The notes under the pieces: model-generated
Seen by the model: only the letters and a program-made list of their open reading frames with translations
What the model was told of the DNA's origin: nothing
Databases searched by the model: none
Part shown: positions 8,058 through 16,044 of the stretch, in pieces
Layout: each line of letters opens with the position of its first letter
How positions within the stretch are numbered: position 1 is the first letter of the stretch
Virus record (IMG/VR): IMGVR_UViG_3300039008_000002
Span: 1 to 42,222 of that record
Source: a virus
Direction: 5' to 3' (one strand)
DNA: 42,222 nucleotides
Translations under genes and position numbers: made by a program

Positions 8058-8471
8058 CTATCTCTTTCGGAAACCCGCGTAGGGGCAGTTGATGTCTTTG
8101 GGGTGGAGGGTGATGGTGTCCTTGCCATCCAGCAGAGATGCCGGGATCAGCCAGAGACGGTGCTTGTGGACGACAGCCAGCAGGTCGTACCTGTCAGCTG
8201 GGTCGAGTGCATTGGTGGCCCCTAATTGTCTGACACGGACAGCTTTGTCCGCAGCAGCTGAGGTTTTCACCTGTACTCGCTGGAAGCCATGGCCGGTCTG
8301 GATAACCAGATCGACCCAACCGGGAACGGCTGGCCAGTAGATCGGCATACCTTCTGCGAGGAAGTACGAGGCGACAAGGTGTTCCCCTGCCGCCCCGAGG
8401 TAGTGGCTCGGGAGTGAGCCGTTGTGGTCAATGGGTCTCTGCCCAGTTGGCCCCGTACTTGTACTCGCCAT
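8058..8471 (-). CDS. PD-(D/E)XK nuclease-fold protein (free-standing, homing-endonuclease-like)
   Basis: GAAGEHLVASYFLAEGMPIYWPAVPGWVDLVIQTGHGFQRVQVKTS has the D...QVK signature of small PD-(D/E)XK nucleases. The start is uncertain: the ATG at 8471 overlaps the DNA polymerase 3' end by 44 nt. Confidence 0.45.
   Translation of the reverse strand: MASTSTGPTGQRPIDHNGSLPSHYLGAAGEHLVASYFLAEGMPIYWPAVPGWVDLVIQTGHGFQRVQVKTSAAADKAVRVRQLGATNALDPADRYDLLAVVHKHRLWLIPASLLDGKDTITLHPKDINCPYAGFRKR
8212..8227 (-). promoter_or_regulatory. Variant phage promoter-like sequence (2 mismatches) inside the PD-(D/E)XK ORF
   Basis: Minus strand ACAATTAGGGGCCACCAATGCAC. Lies ~160 nt upstream of thyX. Confidence 0.35.
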
Positions 8472-10431
8472 CGAGAGGACACTGGAACCCGAGGGCATCT
8501 CCAGCTTCTCGCATGGCTTCGACTGCGGTTTCTCCGACAACGTCTTCCAGTCCTTTCTTCACGAGGGTTTGAACCTCGTCGTGGACGTGAGCTACGAGGA
8601 GGAAGTCCTCGCCGGGGACGAGACCCTTCTCGGTCAGCTTGTCGTAGAAGAGGATGGTGGCTACCTTCACAGCGATGGCTCCTGCCGATTGTAGTAGAGT
8701 GTTGAGGGCCGAGTGATCGGAGCGGACCATGAGCAGGCCACCGTCGATCCCCATGACGTGCATGTCGCGCTTCTGGACAGCCTTCTTGAGGTCTTCCTTG
8801 AGCCGCGCCAGTGCAGGCACACGGCTGAGGAAAGCCTTGATCAGCTTGTTCCCTGCCCTGAGCTTGGCTGTGGACGTGCCCTGCGGAAGCATGATCTCAC
8901 CAATGGTCTCTGCCCCTGCCCCGTAGAGGAAGGCGTAGATGAACCGCTTGGCGATCTTGTTCCGCCACTTGGCGTGTTCCTCGTCATGCTCATCGTACTC
9001 GACCCCTTCGAAGAGACCGTCAGCCAGAGCCTGTGCGTTCACCCAATGGATGTCGCCGTCGAGGACAACAGCGGTGTACTTGCCGCCGTCATACCGTGCC
9101 ATGTAGTGAGCGAAGCAACGCAGCTCCAAGCCCGAGGCATCCCAACCGAGAAGGCTGTAGCCCTCAGGGGCGCACAGCAGCTCACGGAAGTCCTTGCCGA
9201 AGGGCACGGTAACCGCTGGGATTTGAGCCATGTTCGGCGAAGCGTGTGTGCAACGTCGTGTGACTGCGCCATTGGTGTTGACGCTGCCGTGGATGTTGCC
9301 GCCGCCCTTGCGAGCTGCCGGGATCAGACCCCTACCGCCCTTGCCTTCCAGCATGCCCAGACGTTTGTCGAGCAGGAAGTACTCAGCCAGTAGCTTGGCC
9401 TCAGGGTACTTGAGCTTCTTGAGGACCTTCTCGTCCACCATCGGCTTGCCCTGCTCGGTGAAGTCCTTCGGTTTCCAGCCGTACTTCTGCTTGAGCCAGC
9501 GGGCGATGTGATCGCGGGAGCCGGGGTTGAAGATGATCTCTTTCGACTTCTTGATCGTCTTGCCCTTGACATACCCGAGCTTCGAGTTGTTGGCCTTCGG
9601 GGTGAAGTCCCACTCCTCAGTGATCGGAGGGAATGCCTCTTGCAGGTCGGTGTAGATTTCAGCCTGCCGACGCATGAGCCGCTGCTGTAGCTTGAGCGCC
9701 CGTTCCATGTGGAAGGGGAAGCCATTGCGTTCCATCTCTGCGATGATCCACGCGAAGTTGCGTTCGATCTCGATGGCACGAGATGAGTAGCCCTTGCTTT
9801 CCTGCAGCTTGATCAGCTTGCGGGTGACGATCACGTCCTGCTCACAGTACTCCTGCATCGGGACGTTCCACGTAGCCCATGGATCGAGGCCCTGCTCCTT
9901 CATGTCTTTGGAGTAGTCGCCCTTCCATTCGCCGAGGCGGTAGCCCCATGCTTCGAGGCCGTGGGAGCCGATGAGACGACCGGGGAGGATCGTGTCCATC
10001 AGGGACTTGAAGGCTTTCACTTCATCCAGGTCAGGGTCTTCACGCAGCATCGCCTGCACCTGCCGCTTGAACTTGGGCGTGTGCTTCTTACGGAGCTTGA
10101 AGTCGTTCTCCCTGATGTCAGGCCAGATGAGGCGCGACAGGATCAGGGTGTCGGTGACCTTGTGCCGTGGCATGTCGAACCACGGGTAGATTTTCTTGAT
10201 TGCGGGGAGGTCGAACTTGATGGTGTTGTGCCCGATGTTCTCATCAGCTTCCAGCAGGAGCCGCAGCCCCTCCTTGATCGACACCACCTTGAAACCCAGT
10301 GGGGAGACATAGCCGGGATGATCCGTACAGGACCACCCCTCGCCAGTGTCGATGTCCATGAGGACCATGGAGTGGATGACAGTGAGTTGATCGAGCAGCC
10401 CATCGGTTTCGATGTCGAAGGCTAGACGCAT
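8428..10431 (-). CDS. Family A DNA polymerase (T7 gp5-like)
   Basis: Start MRLAFDIETDG with an AAGGAGA RBS. Exo motif FDIETDG, motif A GWDASGLELRCFAHY, motif B RNKIAKRFIYAFLYGAG, motif C VAHVHDEVQ. Confidence 0.95.
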   Translation of the reverse strand: MRLAFDIETDGLLDQLTVIHSMVLMDIDTGEGWSCTDHPGYVSPLGFKVVSIKEGLRLLLEADENIGHNTIKFDLPAIKKIYPWFDMPRHKVTDTLILSRLIWPDIRENDFKLRKKHTPKFKRQVQAMLREDPDLDEVKAFKSLMDTILPGRLIGSHGLEAWGYRLGEWKGDYSKDMKEQGLDPWATWNVPMQEYCEQDVIVTRKLIKLQESKGYSSRAIEIERNFAWIIAEMERNGFPFHMERALKLQQRLMRRQAEIYTDLQEAFPPITEEWDFTPKANNSKLGYVKGKTIKKSKEIIFNPGSRDHIARWLKQKYGWKPKDFTEQGKPMVDEKVLKKLKYPEAKLLAEYFLLDKRLGMLEGKGGRGLIPAARKGGGNIHGSVNTNGAVTRRCTHASPNMAQIPAVTVPFGKDFRELLCAPEGYSLLGWDASGLELRCFAHYMARYDGGKYTAVVLDGDIHWVNAQALADGLFEGVEYDEHDEEHAKWRNKIAKRFIYAFLYGAGAETIGEIMLPQGTSTAKLRAGNKLIKAFLSRVPALARLKEDLKKAVQKRDMHVMGIDGGLLMVRSDHSALNTLLQSAGAIAVKVATILFYDKLTEKGLVPGEDFLLVAHVHDEVQTLVKKGLEDVVGETAVEAMREAGDALGFQCPLDGEYKYGANWAETH

Positions 10432-10459
10432 GGCGTCTCCTTTCGTGGCTGCTTGGTTG

Positions 10460-10816
10460 TCAGTAGAAGTCGTGGGTGCGGCGGTATGCGTCCGTCGCGT
10501 CCTCACCCGGCAGCATGAACTTGTCGATCATGAGCAGGTGTTCAAGCGGGGTGTCCGTCAGGAGGATCATCCACTCTTCGCGGTGGCGGTGGTGCCAGCT
10601 GTCGGCCTTGGTTTCGTGCTGCCATTCCACCTCGAAGTCAGCGCGGTCCATCGCGAAATCAGGGACCGACCCTTTGCGGTAGTACCGACCGGGGATTACG
10701 TACTGCCGTGCTATGCAGGCCACTGAGACCATGCGGCCATGGATCGGGCGATCCACGGTGAGGGTGCCGAGGAAACGGTCAGGGTTTTTGCGGTCATAGA
10801 CCTTGAGTTTTGCCAT
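10460..10816 (-). CDS. Hypothetical protein (118 aa)
   Basis: ORF in the coding frame between primase/helicase and the DNA polymerase. No motif recognised. Confidence 0.55.
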   Translation of the reverse strand: MAKLKVYDRKNPDRFLGTLTVDRPIHGRMVSVACIARQYVIPGRYYRKGSVPDFAMDRADFEVEWQHETKADSWHHRHREEWMILLTDTPLEHLLMIDKFMLPGEDATDAYRRTHDFY

Positions 10817-10829
10817 TAGCTATGCGTCC

Positions 10830-10841
10830 TTGCATTGATCA
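10830..10841 (-). promoter_or_regulatory. Conserved motif TGATCAATGCAA (copy a); its TGA is the primase/helicase stop
   Basis: Minus strand TGATCAATGCAAGGACGCATAG. Confidence 0.5.
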
Positions 10842-12500
10842 GAAGATGGCTTCACCGCCATCGACAGGTTCGAAGCCTGTCTCGGTGTCGCTCTTGCTCA
10901 TGGGCACCAAGCGCCCAGAGCTGTGGTCGTAGCCGAGGAGGAAGGTCTGGCCTGTGGCCTGCCCTGTCACCCGGTCCTTGAGTACGCGGAAGGTTGTGAC
11001 CGATCGCTCGCTCTCGTCCTCTGCCTGCTGGTCACGCTCCAGCCCGTACATGTGGTGGCACCAGAAGCCGATGGCTCTGGACCCCTTGAACTGACGGATG
11101 GTTACCCTGCCGCCTTCCTCGTGGGACTTACCCATGTCGGGGGTGGTGAGGTGCGAGATGATGCAGACCCAGATGTCCAGCTCTTTCACCAGACCGCCGA
11201 GCTTGCTCATGATCTTCTCCAGCTCCTTGCGTTCGTCGTCCGCTTGGGATGCGAGTGCAGTGAGGTGGTCGATGTAGAACAGCTTGACGCCTTCGTGGTG
11301 GTAGAGATACCGGATGGTCTCTTCGATCAGGTCGTAGTCAGCCGAACCGAAGTGGTCGTACATGTAGAGGTTGTCACCATTGGCCAACCGGTCCACAGCA
11401 TCGACAAGCTCCTGCGTCTCCCACGGATTTTCGTCACTCGCTGGGATGTGGAACTTGCGCCCTGCTGCCTTACCGGCGATGCGCTTGGCGGTCTCTCTCG
11501 GCTGCTGTTCGAGGAAGAACAGGCCGACCTTCTGGTTCAGGGTGTTGACATCGTACTCGATCTGCTGGGTCAGCACGTCGGTCTTGCCGATGCCGGTGCC
11601 TGCGCCGAGAGCATCAAGCTCACCGTAGCGACGACCGAAGACAGCGTTGTTCAAGCCTTCGTGGAACCACGGTAGCCCCCACTCGGGCAAGGTCATGACG
11701 TCGTCCTTGATGTCGCCCAACCGGACAACACCTTCGGGACGCCACGCCTTGGCCTCGAAGATCGCGTCGATGATCTCAGGTCCGCGCTTGGCCATGAGCA
11801 TCTCGTTCGCATCCTTGAGCGGGAGCGAGGCGATCTTGCACTTGCCGGGGCTGAACAGGCGGGCACAGCGTTGCGCTGCTTCCTTACCAGGTTCGTCCAT
11901 GTCGAACATCAGGATCACCTCGTCGGCTTTCTCCAGCCACTTGAGGTTCGCTGCGATGTCCTTGTGTGCAGACTTGGAACCGCTTGAGATGGACACTGCG
12001 GCCCAGCGGTTGCGGCCACCGGAGATGACCTCATACACAGACATGGCGTCGATCTCGCCCTCGGTGATGATCACCTTCGGCGCTGCGTCACGAGCGATGT
12101 GCTGCCCGTACAGCTGCAGCTCTTTCGTGTGCCCGATCCAAGGGAAGTCCTTGTCCTGCAGACGGATGTGCTGGGCGACGATGTCACCAGCTTGGTCGCG
12201 GTAGTTGGCAATGTGTGCTGGGTCACCGCTGTACTTGCCGACGCGGTAGTCGTAGCGTTTGCAGGTTTCTTCGGTGATGCCGCGCTTGGTGAGCGCACGG
12301 ACCTTGCCATTGCGGATCAGATCAGAGGCCATCTTGCGTCCTTTGTTGGAGGGGGGTTGGGTCTCGTCGTCCGTCGGAGGTTCGTAATGCTCACAGCCGA
12401 AGCAGTAAGCGTGACCGTCCGAGTACCGGGCGAGGTTGTCGCGGGAGCCGCACGAGGGGCACGGCTCCTTTGCTACGAACTCAGACGTGTCTTCGCTCAT
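10839..12500 (-). CDS. Primase/helicase (T7 gp4-like)
   Basis: N-terminal zinc finger CPSCGSRDNLARYSDGHAYCFGCEHY, a TOPRIM-like EGEIDAMS, and Walker A GAGTGIGKT in the DnaB-like half. Confidence 0.95.
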   Translation of the reverse strand: MSEDTSEFVAKEPCPSCGSRDNLARYSDGHAYCFGCEHYEPPTDDETQPPSNKGRKMASDLIRNGKVRALTKRGITEETCKRYDYRVGKYSGDPAHIANYRDQAGDIVAQHIRLQDKDFPWIGHTKELQLYGQHIARDAAPKVIITEGEIDAMSVYEVISGGRNRWAAVSISSGSKSAHKDIAANLKWLEKADEVILMFDMDEPGKEAAQRCARLFSPGKCKIASLPLKDANEMLMAKRGPEIIDAIFEAKAWRPEGVVRLGDIKDDVMTLPEWGLPWFHEGLNNAVFGRRYGELDALGAGTGIGKTDVLTQQIEYDVNTLNQKVGLFFLEQQPRETAKRIAGKAAGRKFHIPASDENPWETQELVDAVDRLANGDNLYMYDHFGSADYDLIEETIRYLYHHEGVKLFYIDHLTALASQADDERKELEKIMSKLGGLVKELDIWVCIISHLTTPDMGKSHEEGGRVTIRQFKGSRAIGFWCHHMYGLERDQQAEDESERSVTTFRVLKDRVTGQATGQTFLLGYDHSSGRLVPMSKSDTETGFEPVDGGEAIF

Positions 12501-12748
12501 CAGCCGAAGATGTCCTTCAAGCGGTCAGCCTTGTGCTGGGCATGGGCCGAGCTGATGGTGGCGATGTTCGCCTCAGCGGCCAGCTTCATCGAGGTGTCGC
12601 GCAGGCGGTTAGCCTTGGCTTCCTCGGCAGCAGACAGGGCTTCCAGCTGACGGGTGGCTTTCGAGAAGCGACCCATGATGTGGTCAACACTGTCGGCACG
12701 GGTGACGCGGCGGATCAGGGCGGGGATGATGTCTTGGATGCGGATCAT
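12500..12748 (-). CDS. Hypothetical coiled-coil protein (82 aa)
   Basis: Its stop overlaps the primase ATG by 1 nt. Ala/Lys/Glu-rich helical sequence. Confidence 0.55.
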   Translation of the reverse strand: MIRIQDIIPALIRRVTRADSVDHIMGRFSKATRQLEALSAAEEAKANRLRDTSMKLAAEANIATISSAHAQHKADRLKDIFG

Positions 12749-12763
12749 GTGAGGGTCCTTCGG

Positions 12764-13267
12764 TCAGGCTTCGTTCAGGGAGTAGCGGGTGTACGGACGG
12801 CCCGTGATCGGGTGCGTCTTGCGGGTGCGGACGATCTCGAACCCGGCCTCTTCGATGTCCACGATGCGGCGCGAGAGCGAACCGCCAGTGACGCCGTAGT
12901 CGTTCATGGCTTCACGGTGGGAGATCGAACCGGCGCGGCGCATGTGCTGCACCAGCTTCTGTGCCAGCGGCGACAGAGCCATGTAGCCCTGCGGCTTCGG
13001 CTTGGCTTCCGGCTGAGGCAGGCGGGCTTTGGCGTCGGCGATCATTGCCTCGGCATGGGAGATCAGCACTTGCGGATCGACGTGGGCCTTGACCTCTTCC
13101 ATCAGGTGGACGGACAGGGCCATGAGGGTGTCGGTGTCGAGGGCGACCTGCGCGTGTGCGCCGCCTTCGTAGGCATCGAGTACCGCTTCACCAAAAGCGA
13201 AGCTGGTGACCACGAGCTTGTCGGTGGAGACGAGGGTGTCGTTGAAGGTGATGATACGCTGGGCCAT
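12764..13267 (-). CDS. Winged-helix DNA-binding protein (167 aa)
   Basis: C-terminal SPLAQKLVQHMRRAGSISHREAMNDYGVTGGSLSRRIVDIEEAGFEIV looks like a wHTH. It is preceded by the promoter/terminator/leader cassette. Confidence 0.5.
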   Translation of the reverse strand: MAQRIITFNDTLVSTDKLVVTSFAFGEAVLDAYEGGAHAQVALDTDTLMALSVHLMEEVKAHVDPQVLISHAEAMIADAKARLPQPEAKPKPQGYMALSPLAQKLVQHMRRAGSISHREAMNDYGVTGGSLSRRIVDIEEAGFEIVRTRKTHPITGRPYTRYSLNEA

Positions 13268-13301
13268 GATGGTCCTTTCCAGTTGTTGGGTGCGTTGAAA
13301 C
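13268..13301 (-). promoter_or_regulatory. Conserved 5' leader / translation-initiation cassette (copy 2)
   Basis: Minus strand GTTTCAACGCACCCAACAACTGGAAAGGACCATC-ATG. Confidence 0.6.
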
Positions 13302-13336
13302 GAAAAACCCCCCGCCAGCCGAAGCCAGCGAGGGGG
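13298..13336 (-). terminator. Hairpin + U-run placed about 20 nt downstream of the 13358 promoter
   Basis: Minus strand CCCCCTCGCTGGC-TTCG-GCTGGCGGGGGG-TTTTTCGTTT. Confidence 0.65.
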
Positions 13337-13357
13337 AGGGAAATTGGAGGGATTGCT

Positions 13358-13373
13358 ATGGTGGTCCCTAATT
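13358..13373 (-). promoter_or_regulatory. Phage-RNAP promoter core overlapping the amidase stop codon
   Basis: Minus strand GATCAATTAGGGACCACCATAGCAATC. AAT TAG is the last codon plus stop of the amidase. Confidence 0.8.
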
Positions 13374-14084
13374 GATCAGCCGCAGCTTTTGGCCGGGGAT
13401 GATGTCGTCCGTATCCAGGTTGTTGTTGCGCATGATGTCCTTCACGGGGACACCAGTTACGCGGGAGATCGACCACAGAGTGTCGCCACGTTTGACGGTG
13501 TGGACACGGTGGACGTTCAGCTTCTCACCCCGCTGCGGCGCTGGGCGTTCCTTGCGGTTCCAGTTGAAGCTGAGGCGGCTGCGGTCATAGACCTTGAAGT
13601 CCATGTTGCCCTTGAACTCCTCGACGGAGAAGCAGGGGCATGCCTTGGGTGCAGCATTGGTCAGCTTGATCAGGTCGCGGTGGCCCATGACGTTCTCTTC
13701 GGGGATACCGAATGCATCAACGGCAGCTCCCAGCACCTGCTTGAGTGCTGCGAACTGGGCGTCGGTGAAGTTGTTCTCAGGGGTACGGCCATCTTCTTTG
13801 ACACCGCCTATGAGGCAGATGCCGAGGGAGCGTTGGTTCCAGCCGGGGCCGCAGCCGCCGACGTGAGACCCTGCCCTTCCGATGGGTCGCGTCCGTGCGC
13901 CGTTGCCGCTCCACTCGATGGAGCCGTCGCGCCGGATCACGATGTGGTAACCGCACATGCTCCAGCCTTTGCGGCGGTGGACGCGGTCAACCCATGCTGC
14001 GCCAATGTCCATCGACGGTGGTGTCGCGGAGCAGTGGACGATGCCGTGGTCATATACCCCCAGTAGTTCTGGGAAGTGGATCAT
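13368..14084 (-). CDS. N-acetylmuramoyl-L-alanine amidase (T7 lysozyme gp3.5-like) with a C-terminal LysM domain
   Basis: VHCSATPPS, GYHIVIRRDG, GSHV, SLGICLIGG and KACPCF parallel T7 lysozyme. C-terminal HTVKRGDTLWSISRVTGVPVKDIMRNNNLDTDDIIPGQKLRLIN is a LysM motif. Confidence 0.9.
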   Translation of the reverse strand: MIHFPELLGVYDHGIVHCSATPPSMDIGAAWVDRVHRRKGWSMCGYHIVIRRDGSIEWSGNGARTRPIGRAGSHVGGCGPGWNQRSLGICLIGGVKEDGRTPENNFTDAQFAALKQVLGAAVDAFGIPEENVMGHRDLIKLTNAAPKACPCFSVEEFKGNMDFKVYDRSRLSFNWNRKERPAPQRGEKLNVHRVHTVKRGDTLWSISRVTGVPVKDIMRNNNLDTDDIIPGQKLRLIN

Positions 14085-14530
14085 TTGATGCCTGCCTTTC
14101 GCAGTGCTTCCTGGCGAACGGGGTCCGCAGGTTCAGCGATCCAACCACTCGGGATGTCAGCCTTGGCGAACATGAAACCATGTTTGTCGCACCACATCGC
14201 GTAGGTGGTCTTCGACTTCTTGCTGATCTTGGTGTTGGGGTTGCTGAACACGAACCTGACATCCAGGTCAGGGTGTTGTTGCTTGATGAGGATGTGCTTC
14301 TGCCGGTCGGCTGTGACGAAGCGACCTTTGGTCTCGATCACGATGCCATTGGGCAGTAGGAAATCTGGGGTGTACCTGCTCTTGCGGGCAGGCTTGGTGT
14401 AGAACACCGGGTGTTGCTCGTATTCGTATGGACAACCTATGTGGTCGAGGTGTGCAGCAGTGCGGTCCTCCAGACCTGAACGGTATCCAGCAGCACGAGC
14501 GCGTTGTTCGGCTGTCTGCTTGGTTGTCAT
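14081..14530 (-). CDS. Endonuclease I / Holliday junction resolvase (T7 gp3-like)
   Basis: YRSGLEDRTAAHL, YTPDFLLPNGIVIETKG, KHILIKQQHPDLDVRFVF and WCDKHGFMFA closely parallel T7 endonuclease I. Confidence 0.9.
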   Translation of the reverse strand: MTTKQTAEQRARAAGYRSGLEDRTAAHLDHIGCPYEYEQHPVFYTKPARKSRYTPDFLLPNGIVIETKGRFVTADRQKHILIKQQHPDLDVRFVFSNPNTKISKKSKTTYAMWCDKHGFMFAKADIPSGWIAEPADPVRQEALRKAGIK

Positions 14531-14537
14531 GTGTGTA

Positions 14538-14571
14538 AACGCAGAAAGGGGCAGAGCCGTAGCTCCACCCC
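14538..14571 (-). terminator. Intrinsic terminator after the SSB gene
   Basis: Minus strand GGGGTGGAGC-TACG-GCTCTGCCCC-TTTCTGCGTTT. Confidence 0.7.
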
Positions 14572-14587
14572 AATCCAGTGCCTTTCC

Positions 14588-15298
14588 TTAGAACGGGATT
14601 TCGTCGTCGTCGTCGTTGCTGTCGTCCTGATCGTCGTCGTTGACGTCGTCGTCAGCAGCGTTGCCTTCGTACTCTTCCAGTTCATCGGCGTCGAAGTCGC
14701 TGTCTTCCACCGCGCCGAAGGACGAGGTGCCCGAGCCTGCCGAGACCAGCTTGGTGATCTGGACCTCGTTCAGGTAGAACGACAGGTAGCAGTCAGCATC
14801 CTTCGGGATGAAGACGTTGCCGACAGCGAATGCCACGCGGCCCATGGTGCCACCGTAGACCAGCGGACGCTTCTTCGCGGGGATCACTTGGCCCCGGCCA
14901 TCGACCAGCTTCACGACCTTGTCGATCATGCGGCCAGACTTGCGGTCTTGGAACTGAGCCTTGGTCTTCATCTTGAGGATGATGTTGCCGGTCGGGTCGC
15001 CTTCGTCGTCGTACTCTTCCTCGTACCACGGGTTGATGGTCGGCTCGGTGATGCCCTTCTTCTTCCACTTGGCTTTCTGCTGGCCGTTCGCCTCGTCGAA
15101 TTTCTCTTGGGCTTCTTCGGCTGCGAGTTTGGCCTTGCGGTCAAGGTCCTTCATCAGCTTCTTGACGGCAGGGTCTTCCTTGTCGAGCAGGACGTTGACG
15201 GAGAACTCGCCTTCTTCCTTGTAGCGGGTGTCGGGCTTGTTCAGGTGGCAGTACTTGAAGACGCCAATCGGGGTGAACAGTTGTTCGCGTTTAGCCAT
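14588..15298 (-). CDS. Single-stranded DNA-binding protein (T7 gp2.5-like)
   Basis: Start MAKREQLFTPIG (AAGGAA 9 nt upstream). Extremely acidic C-tail ...DDDVNDDDQDDSNDDDDEIPF ending in an aromatic residue, as in gp2.5. Confidence 0.8.
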   Translation of the reverse strand: MAKREQLFTPIGVFKYCHLNKPDTRYKEEGEFSVNVLLDKEDPAVKKLMKDLDRKAKLAAEEAQEKFDEANGQQKAKWKKKGITEPTINPWYEEEYDDEGDPTGNIILKMKTKAQFQDRKSGRMIDKVVKLVDGRGQVIPAKKRPLVYGGTMGRVAFAVGNVFIPKDADCYLSFYLNEVQITKLVSAGSGTSSFGAVEDSDFDADELEEYEGNAADDDVNDDDQDDSNDDDDEIPF

Positions 15299-15437
15299 TG
15301 CGGGCATTCCTTTCGAGTTCGTTGATGTTGACCCCGGCGGCGTCCAGTGCAGCGTAGAGGTCGAGGGGGATGGGGTTGCCTTTGCGGATGTGGCGCTTGG
15401 CCACGCGGATCAGGCGTTCAGTGCGAGAGAAGATCAC
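15291..15437 (-). CDS. Small 48-aa ORF (below the track cutoff), hypothetical
   Basis: GTG start overlapping the upstream TGA (GTGA). Translation VIFSRTERLIRVAKRHIRKGNPIPLDLYAALDAAGVNINELERNARNG has a protein-like composition and fills an otherwise empty 130-nt gap. Confidence 0.35.
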   Translation of the reverse strand: MIFSRTERLIRVAKRHIRKGNPIPLDLYAALDAAGVNINELERNARNG

Positions 15438-15694
15438 TTGAGTTCGTTCTCCATGTAGGCGCGGACTGCAGCGAACTCGACGCGACGTCCATCGGCGTGG
15501 TTCATCACGTTGTCGGCGACAGTGAAGGCGTCCTGCGGCGGCATGTCGTACCGCTCCATCAGGAGCTTGAAGGCTGCGGTGATAGCGACGACCTGCACAT
15601 GCGAGGGCATGTCTTGGATGCGGTCGATGATGGCCATGGTGGAGGTAGCGGCCTCGCGTACCCCCACGCAGTTCATGTCGTCACGGTTCAGCAT
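15434..15694 (-). CDS. Hypothetical protein (86 aa)
   Basis: TGATG overlap with the upstream gene. Codon usage is consistent with its neighbours. Confidence 0.55.
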   Translation of the reverse strand: MLNRDDMNCVGVREAATSTMAIIDRIQDMPSHVQVVAITAAFKLLMERYDMPPQDAFTVADNVMNHADGRRVEFAAVRAYMENELK

Positions 15695-15954
15695 CAGAAG
15701 GTGATCTCGACGGTGTCGCCTTCGTAGACAGGCGTGTAGGATGTGGTGTTCCCGCTTACGGACGTGATGTCCAAGCTGCCGTTCCTCTTGACGCGGTGCT
15801 TCTTGCCGTACTGCCCGCCGAGGATGACGTGCTGCCCTTCTGCGGCAGGTCCTAGCCCGCTAGGGTCGAGCTGCAGGTAGAGGACACTGCCGTCGTTGCT
15901 GATCAAGGCAACAGGGCGGCGCGGGTCGCAGCCTCGTTTGACTTTGAATTTCAT
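15694..15954 (-). CDS. Hypothetical protein (86 aa)
   Basis: Internal start MKFKVKRG, preceded by the conserved leader ...CAACAACTGGAAGGACCATCA. The longer track ORF begins inside the promoter at 15999-16014. Confidence 0.55.
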   Translation of the reverse strand: MKFKVKRGCDPRRPVALISNDGSVLYLQLDPSGLGPAAEGQHVILGGQYGKKHRVKRNGSLDITSVSGNTTSYTPVYEGDTVEITF

Positions 15955-15990
15955 TGATGGTCCTTCCAGTTGTTGGATGCGTTGAAACGC
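15955..15990 (-). promoter_or_regulatory. Conserved 5' leader / translation-initiation cassette (copy 1)
   Basis: Minus strand GCGTTTCAACGCATCCAACAACTGGAAGGACCATCA-ATG. Confidence 0.6.
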
Positions 15991-15998
15991 TTGATGCA

Positions 15999-16014
15999 AT
16001 GGTGGTCCCTAATT
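15999..16014 (-). promoter_or_regulatory. Phage-RNAP promoter core just downstream of the RNAP gene
   Basis: Minus strand TGCAATTAGGGACCACCATTGCATC, followed by the conserved leader. This is the same position as T7 phi1.1. Confidence 0.8.
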
Positions 16015-16032
16015 GCAGGGACCTATGCCGCC

Positions 16033-16044
16033 TTGCATTGATCA
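16033..16044 (-). promoter_or_regulatory. Conserved motif TGATCAATGCAA (copy b); its TGA is the RNAP stop
   Basis: Minus strand TGATCAATGCAAGGCGGCATAG. Confidence 0.5.
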
